NCBI GenBank assembly: GCA_024680915.1
Contig: JAILBN010000035.1
Location: forward strand, 8,435 to 72,434
DNA from: Treponemataceae bacterium
Lineage (GTDB): Bacteria; Spirochaetota; Spirochaetia; Treponematales; Treponemataceae
Direction: 5' to 3'
DNA: 64,000 bases
A program made the translations under genes and the position numbers. Below, piece after piece: positions 1 through 9,413 of the stretch (its first letter is position 1; each line of letters starts with the position of its first letter). A model generated the notes under the pieces. It was given only the letters and a program-made list of their open reading frames with translations. It ran no database searches and was not told where the DNA came from.

Positions 1-592
1 TTGCAACACATTCCGGCAAACCACCAACTATCAGATAATCATGATACTGCTCAATGAGCTTTGTATGCTGAACCGAAATAATTTCTTCTGCTGGAGTTTC
101 TTCAATATACTTCAAAAGAGTTGGATTTACAGCTCCTAAAAATTCTTCAAAATCCATTGGATAAATGTTAAGAAGATTAACTTTTCCAACCGGATAGCTC
201 ATCGGTTCGGCAAGTAAGGTTCCAAGAAGACTTCCAGCAGCTATCACGTGATATTCATTAGCCTCTTCACAAATATATTTTAATGAATTAAGGGCATTTG
301 GACATTCTTGAATTTCATCAAAAATTATCAGATGTTTTTCTTTTTCAATTTTATCATTTTTTATTGTTCCCAAAAGAGAAATTATTCTGTCCGGTTCTTT
401 GTTTACAGCAAAAATCTTTGCAAGCTCAGTGTCACTTTCAAAAGAAAAATAAAATGTCTTTTCGTAATATAGTCGGCCAAATTCTTTCATAAGCCAGGTT
501 TTCCCAACCTGACGTGCACCACGCAAAACAAGGGGTTTTCTACGGGAAGAGGATTTCCATTCCACAAGTTTATTCAAGGCCTTTCTATACAT
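1..592 (-). CDS. AAA-family ATPase (AAA_14/DUF4143-type), 3' part cut by window start
   Basis: Absent from the ORF track because it is open at the window edge. My translation from the ATG at 592-590 reads MYRKALNKLVEWKSSSRRKPLVLRGARQVGKTWLMKEFG...IIFDEIQECPNALNSLKY... It has a Walker A (GARQVGKT) and a Walker B-like IIFDEIQ. Confidence 0.75.
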   Translation of the reverse strand, partial: MYRKALNKLVEWKSSSRRKPLVLRGARQVGKTWLMKEFGRLYYEKTFYFSFESDTELAKIFAVNKEPDRIISLLGTIKNDKIEKEKHLIIFDEIQECPNALNSLKYICEEANEYHVIAAGSLLGTLLAEPMSYPVGKVNLLNIYPMDFEEFLGAVNPTLLKYIEETPAEEIISVQHTKLIEQYHDYLIVGGLPECVA

Positions 593-752
593 ATCTCTAT
601 ATTATTATTTTTTTTTCACAAAAATAAAGGGAATTTTAGCTAATTTTACACATATTTATTAACTTTTAAGCTAATTTTTACACGTTTTTAACCCGGCAGC
701 AAGCCTCTTGCGGACGGGTTGAGCCCAGGGGAAAGACTTTTCCCCTTTATTC

Positions 753-1550
753 CTAAATTCCTAGCTCATCTTTCACAAGCTCGCCCAGTCTCCTGGCGTT
801 CCTGGCTCCGTTACCCTTGGGGTGGTTATTAAAGAATACTGCCGTTTTTTTCCCGGCACTCACCGCACTTTGAATTACGGGCAGGAAGTCCTGCAGCTCC
901 TGGTCTGAATAATCGTACCTGTATCTTTCGGAGCCATTACTGCCGCTGTCCTTGGCATACCAGGCCTGGGCATTCCTTCCGTGCAGGCGGATATAGGCCA
1001 GGCTCCCCAGGAAGGGGGTCTCTCCCGGCAGGGCGCTGAGCCTGGGCATGTCACAGAAGGCCACTGAGGCTCCCCTTTCCTCAAGTCCCTGGAAAACCGA
1101 CTGTCTTATCCATTCTTTATGGCGGAACTCTATGGCCAGAGGAAAATCACGGAAGAGGTCTATAAGCTTGGCCAAGTATATCCTGTTGTCCTTGGTGTAA
1201 TGGAAGCTCTGGGGGAACTGGAAAAGGACCGAGTAAAGGGAATCTTTCTCAAGGAGGGGTGATACCGCGGTCTGGAATTCCCGGGCGGCCAGCTGCCAGG
1301 CAGGCCCCACCTGATGGGTCAGAAGTCCCGGTCCCTTGACGCTGAAGCTGAGTCTTCCCTGGCTCCTCTCGTAGAAGGAGAGCATCCTTTCCTTGTTGGG
1401 CATGCTGTAGAAGGTGCTGTTCAGCTCCAAGGCGTTGAAGATGGTGGAATAATAGGTGAGAAAGTCGGCTCTTTTAAGATTGTCGGGATAGAAGACTCCC
1501 TTCCACTCGGGATAATCGTAACCGCTGGTGCCTATGAGTATTCCTGCCAT
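753..1550 (-). CDS. DUF72 family protein (YecE-like)
   Basis: 265-aa ORF. The N-terminus GTSGYDYPEWKGVFYP...FNALELNSTFY is the typical DUF72 signature. Confidence 0.85.
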   Translation of the reverse strand: MAGILIGTSGYDYPEWKGVFYPDNLKRADFLTYYSTIFNALELNSTFYSMPNKERMLSFYERSQGRLSFSVKGPGLLTHQVGPAWQLAAREFQTAVSPLLEKDSLYSVLFQFPQSFHYTKDNRIYLAKLIDLFRDFPLAIEFRHKEWIRQSVFQGLEERGASVAFCDMPRLSALPGETPFLGSLAYIRLHGRNAQAWYAKDSGSNGSERYRYDYSDQELQDFLPVIQSAVSAGKKTAVFFNNHPKGNGARNARRLGELVKDELGI

Positions 1551-1554
1551 GGTC

Positions 1555-1980
1555 CTATTCCCAATCCTCGTAATCCTTGTTAGGGTTAAGGCTCTTTTTC
1601 TCCGTGCGCTTCTTGTAGGGCTTTGAGCCTGTGGCTTTGTTTGAGAGGGCGGCTTTCACGTCCCCGCTGGTTAGTATGCTGATGGATTTTTCGCTGGAAA
1701 GGCGTCTTTTTCTGGCTTCGGCATCCAGGGCGCCGGCTTTGTCTTCCTGCTTAAGAAGTATGTCGTTGGCTGAGTTCAGATGAAGGGCGTAATGCAGCTT
1801 CTTATTCTCTTCCAGGAAGAAGACTGCCTCCTCTATATCCCGGAAGGCGAGGCCCGCCTTTTGTTTCGCCTTGTATCTGAGTCTCTCGCGGATTTTCTTT
1901 GCCAGAACAGCTTCGGTGATAAGCTTTTTTTCTGAAAGCTCTTCCAGGGCTGCCGCTATTTCTTCCTGTATGCTGGTCAT
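1555..1980 (-). CDS. hypothetical protein (charged, Lys/Glu-rich)
   Basis: 141-aa ORF that ends 5 nt before the DUF72 start, so the two are probably co-transcribed. I recognise no motif. Confidence 0.6.
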   Translation of the reverse strand: MTSIQEEIAAALEELSEKKLITEAVLAKKIRERLRYKAKQKAGLAFRDIEEAVFFLEENKKLHYALHLNSANDILLKQEDKAGALDAEARKRRLSSEKSISILTSGDVKAALSNKATGSKPYKKRTEKKSLNPNKDYEDWE

Positions 1981-2108
1981 GGCATCATTATAGCACGAAT
2001 CCCCTGCCCTGGTCTCCTACTGTCCTTCTGCCCGCAAGACTGATGGAAGAAAGCTGAGGCCCCACATTATTCTTGACGATTCCCTTTTTTCAAGATTATC
2101 TTTTCTTT

Positions 2109-3239
2109 ATGAAGATTCTTATTTTATCCTGTAACACCGGCGGAGGTCATAACTCGGCGGCGAAAGCGATAAAGGAGACCTTTGATGAAAAAGGCCATTC
2201 CTGCGATATCATGGATGCCTTGTCCTTCGGCGGACAAAAAGCTTCGGACTTGGTTTGTGATGCCTACATCGAGATGGTCAAGAAAGCTCCCAGGCTCTTC
2301 GGCGAGATTTATAAGATGGGAAACAAGCTGGGGCAGCTGAACCAGGAGAACATAACGCCTGTGCATTCTCCTATCTATTATGTGAACAAGCTTTATGCCA
2401 ATGCCCTGGAAGACTATATAAAGCGGAATAATTACGATGCTGTCATCTGCGTCCATATTTTCCCGGCGGAGGCTATGACCAGCCTGAAAAAACACCATAG
2501 GCTGGATATCCCCTTCTATTTCGTTGCGACGGATTACTATTGCCCGCCTATGCTGGAGGAGACTTTGCCCTCGGCTATTTTCAGCGCCCACAAGGACAGT
2601 GAGTTCTCCTACCTTGCCCACGGAATAGACAGGAAGCTGCTCGTCCCCACAGGTATTCCCGTATCAAAGAGATTCCTGGTCAAGAATGATAAAGCCCAGG
2701 CCCGCAGGCTGCTGGGACTAGAGGAGGAGGATGAGATTTTCCTGCTGATGAGCGGCAGCATGGGCTACGGAGATCTGCTCAACACAAGCCGTTACATATT
2801 CGAGAATGGCAACGAGCATACTAAAATAGTCGCCATAACCGGTCATAACGAGGAGCTTTACAAGGAGTTCGAGACTTCCTTCAAGGGAGAGGAAAGGCTT
2901 GTCCTGCTGGGCTTCACGGACAAGGTAGCGGATTATCTTGATGCCTGTGATGTCCTGCTGACAAAGCCGGGCGGACTTTCAAGCACAGAAGCCCTTGCAA
3001 AGGGGGTCACCATAATCCACACCACGCCCATACCGGGCTGTGAGACGGAGAACGTCCAGTTTTTCACGGAGCACCACCTTTCTGTATGCGCCAGCCAGGC
3101 CAGCGATGCGGGAAGGCTCGCCATTGCCGTCATGAGGGACAAGTTTCTGCAGAAGCAGATCCTTGAGGCCCAGGATAACTACAGGTGCCAGAATTCCGCC
3201 GGGCAGATAGCGGACTATGTCCTGGCAGGATCAGAATAG
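2109..3239 (+). CDS. diacylglycerol glycosyltransferase (MGDG synthase / UgtP-like, GT28 family)
   Basis: MKILILSCNTGGGHNSAAKAIKE... is the typical N-terminus of the MGDG-synthase family, and the C-terminal LLTKPGGLSSTEALAKGV is a GT-B motif. I prefer the ATG at 2109 over the track's upstream TTG at 2073. Confidence 0.8.
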   Translation: MKILILSCNTGGGHNSAAKAIKETFDEKGHSCDIMDALSFGGQKASDLVCDAYIEMVKKAPRLFGEIYKMGNKLGQLNQENITPVHSPIYYVNKLYANALEDYIKRNNYDAVICVHIFPAEAMTSLKKHHRLDIPFYFVATDYYCPPMLEETLPSAIFSAHKDSEFSYLAHGIDRKLLVPTGIPVSKRFLVKNDKAQARRLLGLEEEDEIFLLMSGSMGYGDLLNTSRYIFENGNEHTKIVAITGHNEELYKEFETSFKGEERLVLLGFTDKVADYLDACDVLLTKPGGLSSTEALAKGVTIIHTTPIPGCETENVQFFTEHHLSVCASQASDAGRLAIAVMRDKFLQKQILEAQDNYRCQNSAGQIADYVLAGSE

Positions 3240-3257
3240 CTTCAGGAAAGGAAATAT

Positions 3258-4064
3258 ATGCGTCTAATTTTCATACGCCACGGAGACCCGGACTACGAGC
3301 ACGACAGTCTTACTGAGAAAGGTAAAAGAGAGGTTGCCCTGCTCACAGAGAGGGTGAAAAAGTGGAAGAATATCTCTCAGATATATGTCTCTTCCATGGG
3401 GCGGGCCCAGGAAACCGCCGCACCTTCCTTAAAGGCTCTGAGAGCCAAAGCCATCACCTGCCAGTGGCTGCAGGAGTTTTATTACCACACCACCTATCCG
3501 CTGGATGTGAAGGATGAAAGCATGGCCGGCAAAAGCACCATGTGCTGGGACCTGATGCCGGAGTATTTCCTGTCTGACAAGGCTTTCTTCGACAAGGACC
3601 GGTGGATGAAGAGTGATTTCATGAAGGGCGGCGACATAGCCTCCAAATACAAGATGGTGTGCGAGGGCATAGACGGCATCCTGGCCCGGCAGGGCTACTG
3701 CAGGAGCGAGAGCGGTCTTTATCTTGTCAAGGACCCCGTCCCCAACCACAACTGGTCAGAGCCTATAGAGAAATACCACCTTAAATCCGTGAAGGACGAC
3801 TACCCGGAGGAGAAAACCCTTGTATTCTTCTGTCATCTGGGTGTCATCTTCACCATGATAGCCCACCTTGTGGGTATGTCACCCATGCAGCTTTGGCAGG
3901 GCTTCTTCATAGCACCCACCTCGATAACGGTCATGAACAGCGAGGAAAGGCTTCCGGGCCAGGCTTTTTTCCGGGTTGAAAGACTGGGCGACGTGAACCA
4001 TCTTATCAATGGAGGGGAGCCTGTCTCCTCATCGGGGTATTTCGCAGACCTGCTGGCGGAATGA
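3258..4064 (+). CDS. histidine phosphatase family protein (phosphoglycerate-mutase-like)
   Basis: The N-terminus MRLIFIRHGDPDYE contains the catalytic RHG motif, followed by SSMGRAQETA. Confidence 0.8.
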   Translation: MRLIFIRHGDPDYEHDSLTEKGKREVALLTERVKKWKNISQIYVSSMGRAQETAAPSLKALRAKAITCQWLQEFYYHTTYPLDVKDESMAGKSTMCWDLMPEYFLSDKAFFDKDRWMKSDFMKGGDIASKYKMVCEGIDGILARQGYCRSESGLYLVKDPVPNHNWSEPIEKYHLKSVKDDYPEEKTLVFFCHLGVIFTMIAHLVGMSPMQLWQGFFIAPTSITVMNSEERLPGQAFFRVERLGDVNHLINGGEPVSSSGYFADLLAE

Positions 4065-4083
4065 GATACTGCCTCATTTTTTT
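4060..4083 (+). terminator. weak intrinsic terminator after the phosphatase gene
   Basis: AATGAG (4060-4065) pairs with CTCATT (4073-4078) around a 7-nt loop and is followed by a T-run. The stem is short and AU-rich. Confidence 0.3.
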
Positions 4084-4084
4084 C

Positions 4085-4114
4085 TAGACAATAAAAGCGT
4101 CCTTTTGGTATACT
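4085..4114 (+). promoter_or_regulatory. possible sigma-70-type promoter of the liv-like operon
   Basis: TAGACA (4085-4090), an 18-nt spacer, then TATACT (4109-4114), about 34 nt upstream of the ATG at 4148. Confidence 0.35.
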
Positions 4115-4147
4115 TTACCCATAGTCTTAAAGGAGGACAAGAAAAAA

Positions 4148-5320
4148 ATGAGGAGATTTCTATACCCGTTGATTATGCTTCTTGCTGCCATCACTGTTTT
4201 CAGCTGCAGCGGAAAAAATGAGAATGTAATCAAAATCGGTGTTTATGAACCAGCTTCCGGAGACAACGGTGCCGGAGGAAAGCAGGAGACGCTTGGTATC
4301 CAGTACGCTAACAAGCTTACTCCAAAGGTTGAGATCGGTGGTAAAGAATACCAAGTCCAGCTTGAGATCGTTGATAACGAATCCTCAAACGACAAGGCTG
4401 TGACAGCAGCTTCTGAGCTCGTAAGCAAGGGCGTATCTGTAGTCCTTGGCTCATACGGCTCCGGTGTATCAATAGCAGCCAGCGACACCTTCGCCAACGC
4501 AGATATTCCTGCCATCGGCGTTACATGTACGAACCCACAGGTAACACAGGGCAACAGCCACTACTTCCGCATCTGCTTCCTGGATCCTTTCCAGGGTACA
4601 GTTCTGGCCAACTTCGCAGTGGACAACTTCAAGGCAAAGAAAGCCTACTGTCTGGCAAAGCTGGGTGATGACTACGCTGTAGGTCTCTGCAACTACTTCA
4701 TGGAAGCTTTCAAGAAGCTGGGCGGAGAATGTGTGTTCGAGACCTTCCCTGACGGAACAAGCGATTTCGCCGCATATGTAGCAAACGCAAAGAATCAGGG
4801 TGCAGACGTTTTCTTCTCTCCAGTATCCACAGAAGCCGCAGCCCTTATCATAGAGCAGGCTAACACCCAGGGACTTTCAGTACCTATCCTTGCCGGTGAC
4901 ACCTGGGATTCCAACGTTATCCTTGGAGCAGCAAAGGGTTCCAACCAGAATATCTACGTAACGACCTTCTTCGTTGAGGGCAGCACAGAGAAAAATATCG
5001 TGGATTTCGTAAACGGCTTCCGCAACTACCTGAACACAGATGCCACAGCTAAGACAAACAACGGTGGAAACGATGAGATAGCCGCTGTTTCCGCAATGGG
5101 CTTCGATGCTTACTATACAGCTCTTGAGGCTTTGAAGAATGCCGGCTCAACGAAGAGCACAGACGTTATGAAAGCACTTCCATCAACCAAATACACTGGT
5201 GTTTCCGGTCTTATCGAATTCGATGCGACAGGCGATGCAAAGCGTGATGTTGCTTACGTAAAGAAGGTCAACACCAGCACAGGAAAATGGGAATTCATCG
5301 CTGTTCAGAAAGTTAAATAA
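4148..5320 (+). CDS. ABC transporter substrate-binding lipoprotein, branched-chain amino-acid (Leu/Ile/Val) binding family
   Basis: Signal peptide with a lipobox (LLAAITVFSCSG) and periplasmic-binding-protein type I-like sequence. It is followed by livHMGF-like genes and has a strong SD, AAAGGAGGACA. Confidence 0.85.
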   Translation: MRRFLYPLIMLLAAITVFSCSGKNENVIKIGVYEPASGDNGAGGKQETLGIQYANKLTPKVEIGGKEYQVQLEIVDNESSNDKAVTAASELVSKGVSVVLGSYGSGVSIAASDTFANADIPAIGVTCTNPQVTQGNSHYFRICFLDPFQGTVLANFAVDNFKAKKAYCLAKLGDDYAVGLCNYFMEAFKKLGGECVFETFPDGTSDFAAYVANAKNQGADVFFSPVSTEAAALIIEQANTQGLSVPILAGDTWDSNVILGAAKGSNQNIYVTTFFVEGSTEKNIVDFVNGFRNYLNTDATAKTNNGGNDEIAAVSAMGFDAYYTALEALKNAGSTKSTDVMKALPSTKYTGVSGLIEFDATGDAKRDVAYVKKVNTSTGKWEFIAVQKVK

Positions 5321-5553
5321 TCCGAAAGTCGAGATTTAATAAGCTTTAGCAAATAGCCTGAATTTCGGGTTTCGAAATAAATGGCCGGTGGGTCCAGATA
5401 AGGAAAAAGAAGGGAGGCGTCCAAGAAGGTACGCTTCCCGCTCATGGGGGAAGCCCTGTATGAGTCTTCGTTTTTCCGGTTCCCGCCGGCATTTATGATA
5501 TGTATCACAAAACTCGAAGGGCACACTACATTATCTTTTCTTAGGATAAAAAA

Positions 5554-6438
5554 ATGGATTTTATTAGTTCTAATCTACCTTATGTTCTTGCAGGTATCTC
5601 CACAGGAGGCCAATATGCCCTTATCGCTATTGGCTACACAATGGTTTACGGTATCCTTCGTCTTATAAACTTCGCCCATGGTGACGTTTTCATGGCTGCC
5701 GGACTCATTATGATATACTCTTACACAGCCTTCCCCTTGTATGTATCCCTGCCCCTCACCATAATCTTCACGGTCCTGCTGGGTTTCGCGGTTGAACGTA
5801 TCGCTTATAAACCACTTAGGACTGCCCCTAGAATGAGTATCATGATATCTGCCATCGGTATGTCATACCTCTTGCAGAATCTTGCTTTATATATCACAGG
5901 CGGACTTACAAAATACTACCCCACCATCCCTTGGATCAGCGATTCCGTCCAGATCCTTGGAAGCATGACGAAAAGGGTAACGATAATAACGCCTTTCCTG
6001 ACCATACTGCTGGTGGTCGCCCTGGTTCTGCTCATCAAGCATACCAAGATAGGAATGGCCATGAGGGCAGTCTCCAAGGATTTTGAGACTGCTGAGCTTA
6101 TGGGTATCAAGCTTGATGCCGTCATAAGCATGACCTTTATAATCGGTTCCTTCCTTGCCGCAGTGGGCTCAATCCTCTTCTTCTCCAACTACACAGGCGT
6201 AACTCCTACGGTCGGTGCCATGCCGGGCTTGAAGGCCTTCGTAGCCGCCGTCTTCGGTGGAATAGGCTCTATTCCCGGAGCCGTCATAGGAGCCTTTATA
6301 ATCGGTATATGCGAGAACATCATAAAGGGGCTTGGCTGGACGACCTTCAGCGATGCCTTCACTTTCGTCTTGCTAATAATAGTACTTATGTTTATGCCCA
6401 CAGGTCTTTTCGGTGAGAAATCAACGGACAAAGTGTGA
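5554..6438 (+). CDS. livH: branched-chain amino-acid ABC transporter permease (LivH-like)
   Basis: 294-aa polytopic protein. It carries the N-terminal motif ALIAIGYTMVYGILRLINFAHGD typical of LivH. Confidence 0.9.
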   Translation: MDFISSNLPYVLAGISTGGQYALIAIGYTMVYGILRLINFAHGDVFMAAGLIMIYSYTAFPLYVSLPLTIIFTVLLGFAVERIAYKPLRTAPRMSIMISAIGMSYLLQNLALYITGGLTKYYPTIPWISDSVQILGSMTKRVTIITPFLTILLVVALVLLIKHTKIGMAMRAVSKDFETAELMGIKLDAVISMTFIIGSFLAAVGSILFFSNYTGVTPTVGAMPGLKAFVAAVFGGIGSIPGAVIGAFIIGICENIIKGLGWTTFSDAFTFVLLIIVLMFMPTGLFGEKSTDKV

Positions 6439-6457
6439 TAAGGGACAGGTGATTTAG

Positions 6458-7576
6458 ATGGAAAACAAGATAATTGACATAAAAAAACGTAAGAATCTGA
6501 TAATGGGCTTTGCCCTGCTTGCACTGCTTTTCATCCTGATAGCGGTGCTGGAGCAGATTCTTCCCAGGACTTCAATGCTCTTCACTGTTTTGAAGAAAGG
6601 TGCCATATATGCCCTTGTGGCGGTATCCATGAACCTTCTTAATGGTTTTACGGGTCTTTTTTCTTTGGGTCAGGCCGGCTTCATGCTGCTTGGCGCATAT
6701 ACCTACGGAATATTCACTATCCCTGCGGAACAGAGGATTACAGTCTACCAGTACTATGACGGCGGTATAGTCAATTTCGCTCTGCCTGTATTCATAGCCA
6801 TTATCCTGGCAGGCTTGGTGGCGGCTTTGTTCGCCTTTTTGATAGGACTTCCCGTACTCAAGCTCAAATCCGACTATCTGGCCATAGCGACCCTCGGCTT
6901 CGGGGAGATCATCCGTGCCATTTTCCAGTGGGACAAGCTGGGTGTCATCACAAACGGCTCAAACCTTCTCAGGAAATACCCGGTTTTCAAGAGTACCCTT
7001 TTCCCCTTCGCGGTAGCTGGTATATGTATAGCCATAATAGTCCTGCTTATAAACTCCACATACGGAAGAGCCTTCAAGGCGATCCGGGATGATGAGGTAG
7101 CGGCAGAGGCCATGGGTATAAACCTGGCCCACCACAAGAGAATGGCCTTCATAATCAGCTCCTTTTTCGCAGGTATTTCCGGGGCCCTGCTGGCCATGTT
7201 CCAGACCACGATCCAGGCCAACCAGTTCAAATCTGCCATGACCTATGAAATACTGCTCATAGTCGTAATAGGAGGAATCGGTTCCGTAACAGGAAGCTGC
7301 ATCTCTTCCTTCCTTTTCATAGCCTGTTCGGAATGGTGGCTGCGCTTCCTGGACAACGCCAACACCTTCATCGGAGACTGGCACGTTCCCCTGCTCCGTC
7401 CAGGCTTCCGTAAGGTCGTATTCTCCATAGTCATAATGGTGATCGTTCTTTTCTACCAGAAGGGTATCATGGGTGACAAGGAATTCTCCATATCGGCCAT
7501 AATAAAATTCTTCAAGGGTATTCCCAAAAAGCTTGCGGCGAGAAAAAGCTCCGGTAAAAAAGGAGAAGCAAAATGA
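6458..7576 (+). CDS. livM: branched-chain amino-acid ABC transporter permease (LivM-like)
   Basis: 372-aa polytopic protein. It carries NLLNGFTGLFSLGQAGFMLLGAY, typical of LivM. Confidence 0.9.
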   Translation: MENKIIDIKKRKNLIMGFALLALLFILIAVLEQILPRTSMLFTVLKKGAIYALVAVSMNLLNGFTGLFSLGQAGFMLLGAYTYGIFTIPAEQRITVYQYYDGGIVNFALPVFIAIILAGLVAALFAFLIGLPVLKLKSDYLAIATLGFGEIIRAIFQWDKLGVITNGSNLLRKYPVFKSTLFPFAVAGICIAIIVLLINSTYGRAFKAIRDDEVAAEAMGINLAHHKRMAFIISSFFAGISGALLAMFQTTIQANQFKSAMTYEILLIVVIGGIGSVTGSCISSFLFIACSEWWLRFLDNANTFIGDWHVPLLRPGFRKVVFSIVIMVIVLFYQKGIMGDKEFSISAIIKFFKGIPKKLAARKSSGKKGEAK

Positions 7577-8412
7577 GCGAGAATGTTTTGAAGCTTCAGG
7601 ATGTCACCATGCAGTTCGGAGGTGTGGTTGCCGTCCACTCACTTTCCCTTGAGGTGAACAAGGGAGAGATAGTATCCCTTATAGGACCTAACGGAGCCGG
7701 AAAGACCACAGCCTTCAACGTGGTGACTGGTGTTTATGCTCCTACGAACGGAGCAGTATATTTCAACGGACAGCAGATAATAGAGAATTACCCCTCAGGG
7801 AAAATGAAGAAGCTTTATGCCGGTACAGACAATGGTAAATACACTAGCCGCATAGAGCCCTCCCCGGACAAGATAACGAAGCTGGGTATAGCCAGGACCT
7901 TCCAGAACATCCGTCTTTGGAAAAGCCAGACGGTTTTTGACAATGTTCTTATAGCAAAGCACCTCAGGCGCAGCAGCAATATCTTCACAGCCACCTTCCG
8001 GTTGAACTATAAGGAAGAGAGAAGGCAGAGGGAAGAGACGGCGGAGCTTCTCAGGATAATGGGACTTTATGATGTAAAGGATGAAATCTGCACCGCCCTG
8101 CCTTATGGTCTGCAGCGACGGCTTGAAATAGCAAGGGCTCTGGCCACTACCCCATCCCTGCTCCTTCTTGATGAGCCGGCCGCCGGTATGAATCCACAGG
8201 AGACGGATGAGCTTACCTCCTTCATAGCGAAAATCCGTACAGATTTCAATCTTACAGTTTTCATGATCGAGCATCACATGGATCTTGTCATGAATATTTC
8301 CGACAGGATTTATGTTCTCAACTTCGGGGCACTTATAGCCCATGGAACACCGGCGGAAATACAGAACAACCCGGAGGTCATAGCGGCCTATCTGGGTGAA
8401 AGCGAGGAATAG
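7573..8412 (+). CDS. livG: branched-chain amino-acid ABC transporter ATP-binding protein (LivG-like)
   Basis: Walker A GPNGAGKTT, ABC signature LPYGLQRRLEIA and Walker B LLLLDEPAAG. It overlaps livM by 4 nt. Confidence 0.9.
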   Translation: MSENVLKLQDVTMQFGGVVAVHSLSLEVNKGEIVSLIGPNGAGKTTAFNVVTGVYAPTNGAVYFNGQQIIENYPSGKMKKLYAGTDNGKYTSRIEPSPDKITKLGIARTFQNIRLWKSQTVFDNVLIAKHLRRSSNIFTATFRLNYKEERRQREETAELLRIMGLYDVKDEICTALPYGLQRRLEIARALATTPSLLLLDEPAAGMNPQETDELTSFIAKIRTDFNLTVFMIEHHMDLVMNISDRIYVLNFGALIAHGTPAEIQNNPEVIAAYLGESEE

Positions 8413-8416
8413 TGAC

Positions 8417-9133
8417 ATGCTTACGATAAAAGACTTGAATGTATCATACGGCGGAATAAAGGCCCTGCAGGGAATCAACATGGAGGTTCCTGAGGGGAAA
8501 ATAGTTACTCTCATAGGTGCCAACGGAGCAGGAAAATCAACGCTCCTTCGTACGATAAGTGGTTTAGTGAAGGCAGAATCAGGCTCTATCCTTTCAAATG
8601 ACAAGGAAATTCTGGGCTTTCCCATCAACAAAATATGTAAGGAAGGTATAGCCCTTGTCCCGGAAGGCAGAAGGGTTTTCACGGATCTTTCCGTTCAGGA
8701 GAACCTTAAGATAGGTGCCTACCTGAGGAAGGACAAAAAGGAAATAGAAAAGGACCTGGAATGGGTATACGAGCTTTTCCCCAGGCTTAAGGAACGCTAC
8801 TGGCAGTATGCAGGAACCCTTTCCGGCGGTGAGCAGCAGATGCTGGCCGTAGGACGGGCCCTTATGAGCCGTCCCCAGCTCATGATGATGGACGAGCCTT
8901 CTCTGGGTCTTGCCCCTCTTATAGTACAGCAGATATTCAGCATTATAAAAGAGATCAACAAGAAAGGCGTCACTATCCTTCTTATTGAACAGAACGCCAA
9001 TATGGCCCTTAAGACAGCTGATATCGCCTATGTAATAGAGACAGGAAACATAGTCCTTAAAGGAAGCGGAAAGGAGCTGCTGGAGAACGATACCGTCAAG
9101 GAAGCCTATCTGGGAAAATCAAAGAAAAACTAA
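8417..9133 (+). CDS. livF: branched-chain amino-acid ABC transporter ATP-binding protein (LivF-like)
   Basis: Walker A GANGAGKST, signature LSGGEQQMLAVGRAL and Walker B MMMDEPSLGLAP. I prefer the ATG at 8417 with a GAGGAA SD over the track start at 8396. Confidence 0.9.
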   Translation: MLTIKDLNVSYGGIKALQGINMEVPEGKIVTLIGANGAGKSTLLRTISGLVKAESGSILSNDKEILGFPINKICKEGIALVPEGRRVFTDLSVQENLKIGAYLRKDKKEIEKDLEWVYELFPRLKERYWQYAGTLSGGEQQMLAVGRALMSRPQLMMMDEPSLGLAPLIVQQIFSIIKEINKKGVTILLIEQNANMALKTADIAYVIETGNIVLKGSGKELLENDTVKEAYLGKSKKN

Positions 9134-9165
9134 GTCAGCAGCTTGATTCAGTTTATTATCACAAG

Positions 9166-9223
9166 ACACCTGCATGAAGCAAGGAGCCTATATGGCTACT
9201 GCTTTGGTCAGGTGTTTTTATTT
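9166..9223 (+). terminator. intrinsic terminator after livF
   Basis: ACACCTG (9166-9172) pairs with CAGGTGT (9209-9215). Inner pairs are AAGCA/TGCTT and AGCC/GGCT. TTTTTATTT follows. Confidence 0.6.
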
Positions 9224-9312
9224 ATAAAAGCCCTCAGAGAAAAAACTCTTATTTTTTTGTGATAGTCTTTGAAAACATCTTTTGAAAAAAAATGAAAAAC
9301 ATTATTTACCTA

Positions 9313-9341
9313 TTGACATAATGGGTTAATCATGATAAAAA
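9313..9341 (+). promoter_or_regulatory. possible promoter of the uORF-metY-cysK-rrf2 unit
   Basis: TTGACA (9313-9318), a 17-nt spacer, then TAAAAA (9336-9341). The -10 element is weak. Confidence 0.3.
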
Positions 9342-9413
9342 AAAAGAAATTACTTACCTACTTTCTCTATAGGTTGTAGATTATAAGAAATAACTATTAA
9401 AGGAGGACAGAAA

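Noticed and set aside
7795-8682. A 295-aa ORF antisense to livG/livF. Similar long antisense ORFs lie at 16504-17205, 17977-18513 and 60340-61221.
   Set aside because: Each lies fully inside a gene with unmistakable family motifs on the other strand. Their products are low-complexity with no motifs, and none has an SD. They are typical shadow ORFs.
9226-9413. A possible SAM riboswitch or T-box upstream of metY.
   Set aside because: I could not find the conserved S-box core, a T-box sequence or a specifier/antiterminator arrangement. The region is A/T-rich and short. The uORF/anti-SD arrangement explains the conserved-looking features better.
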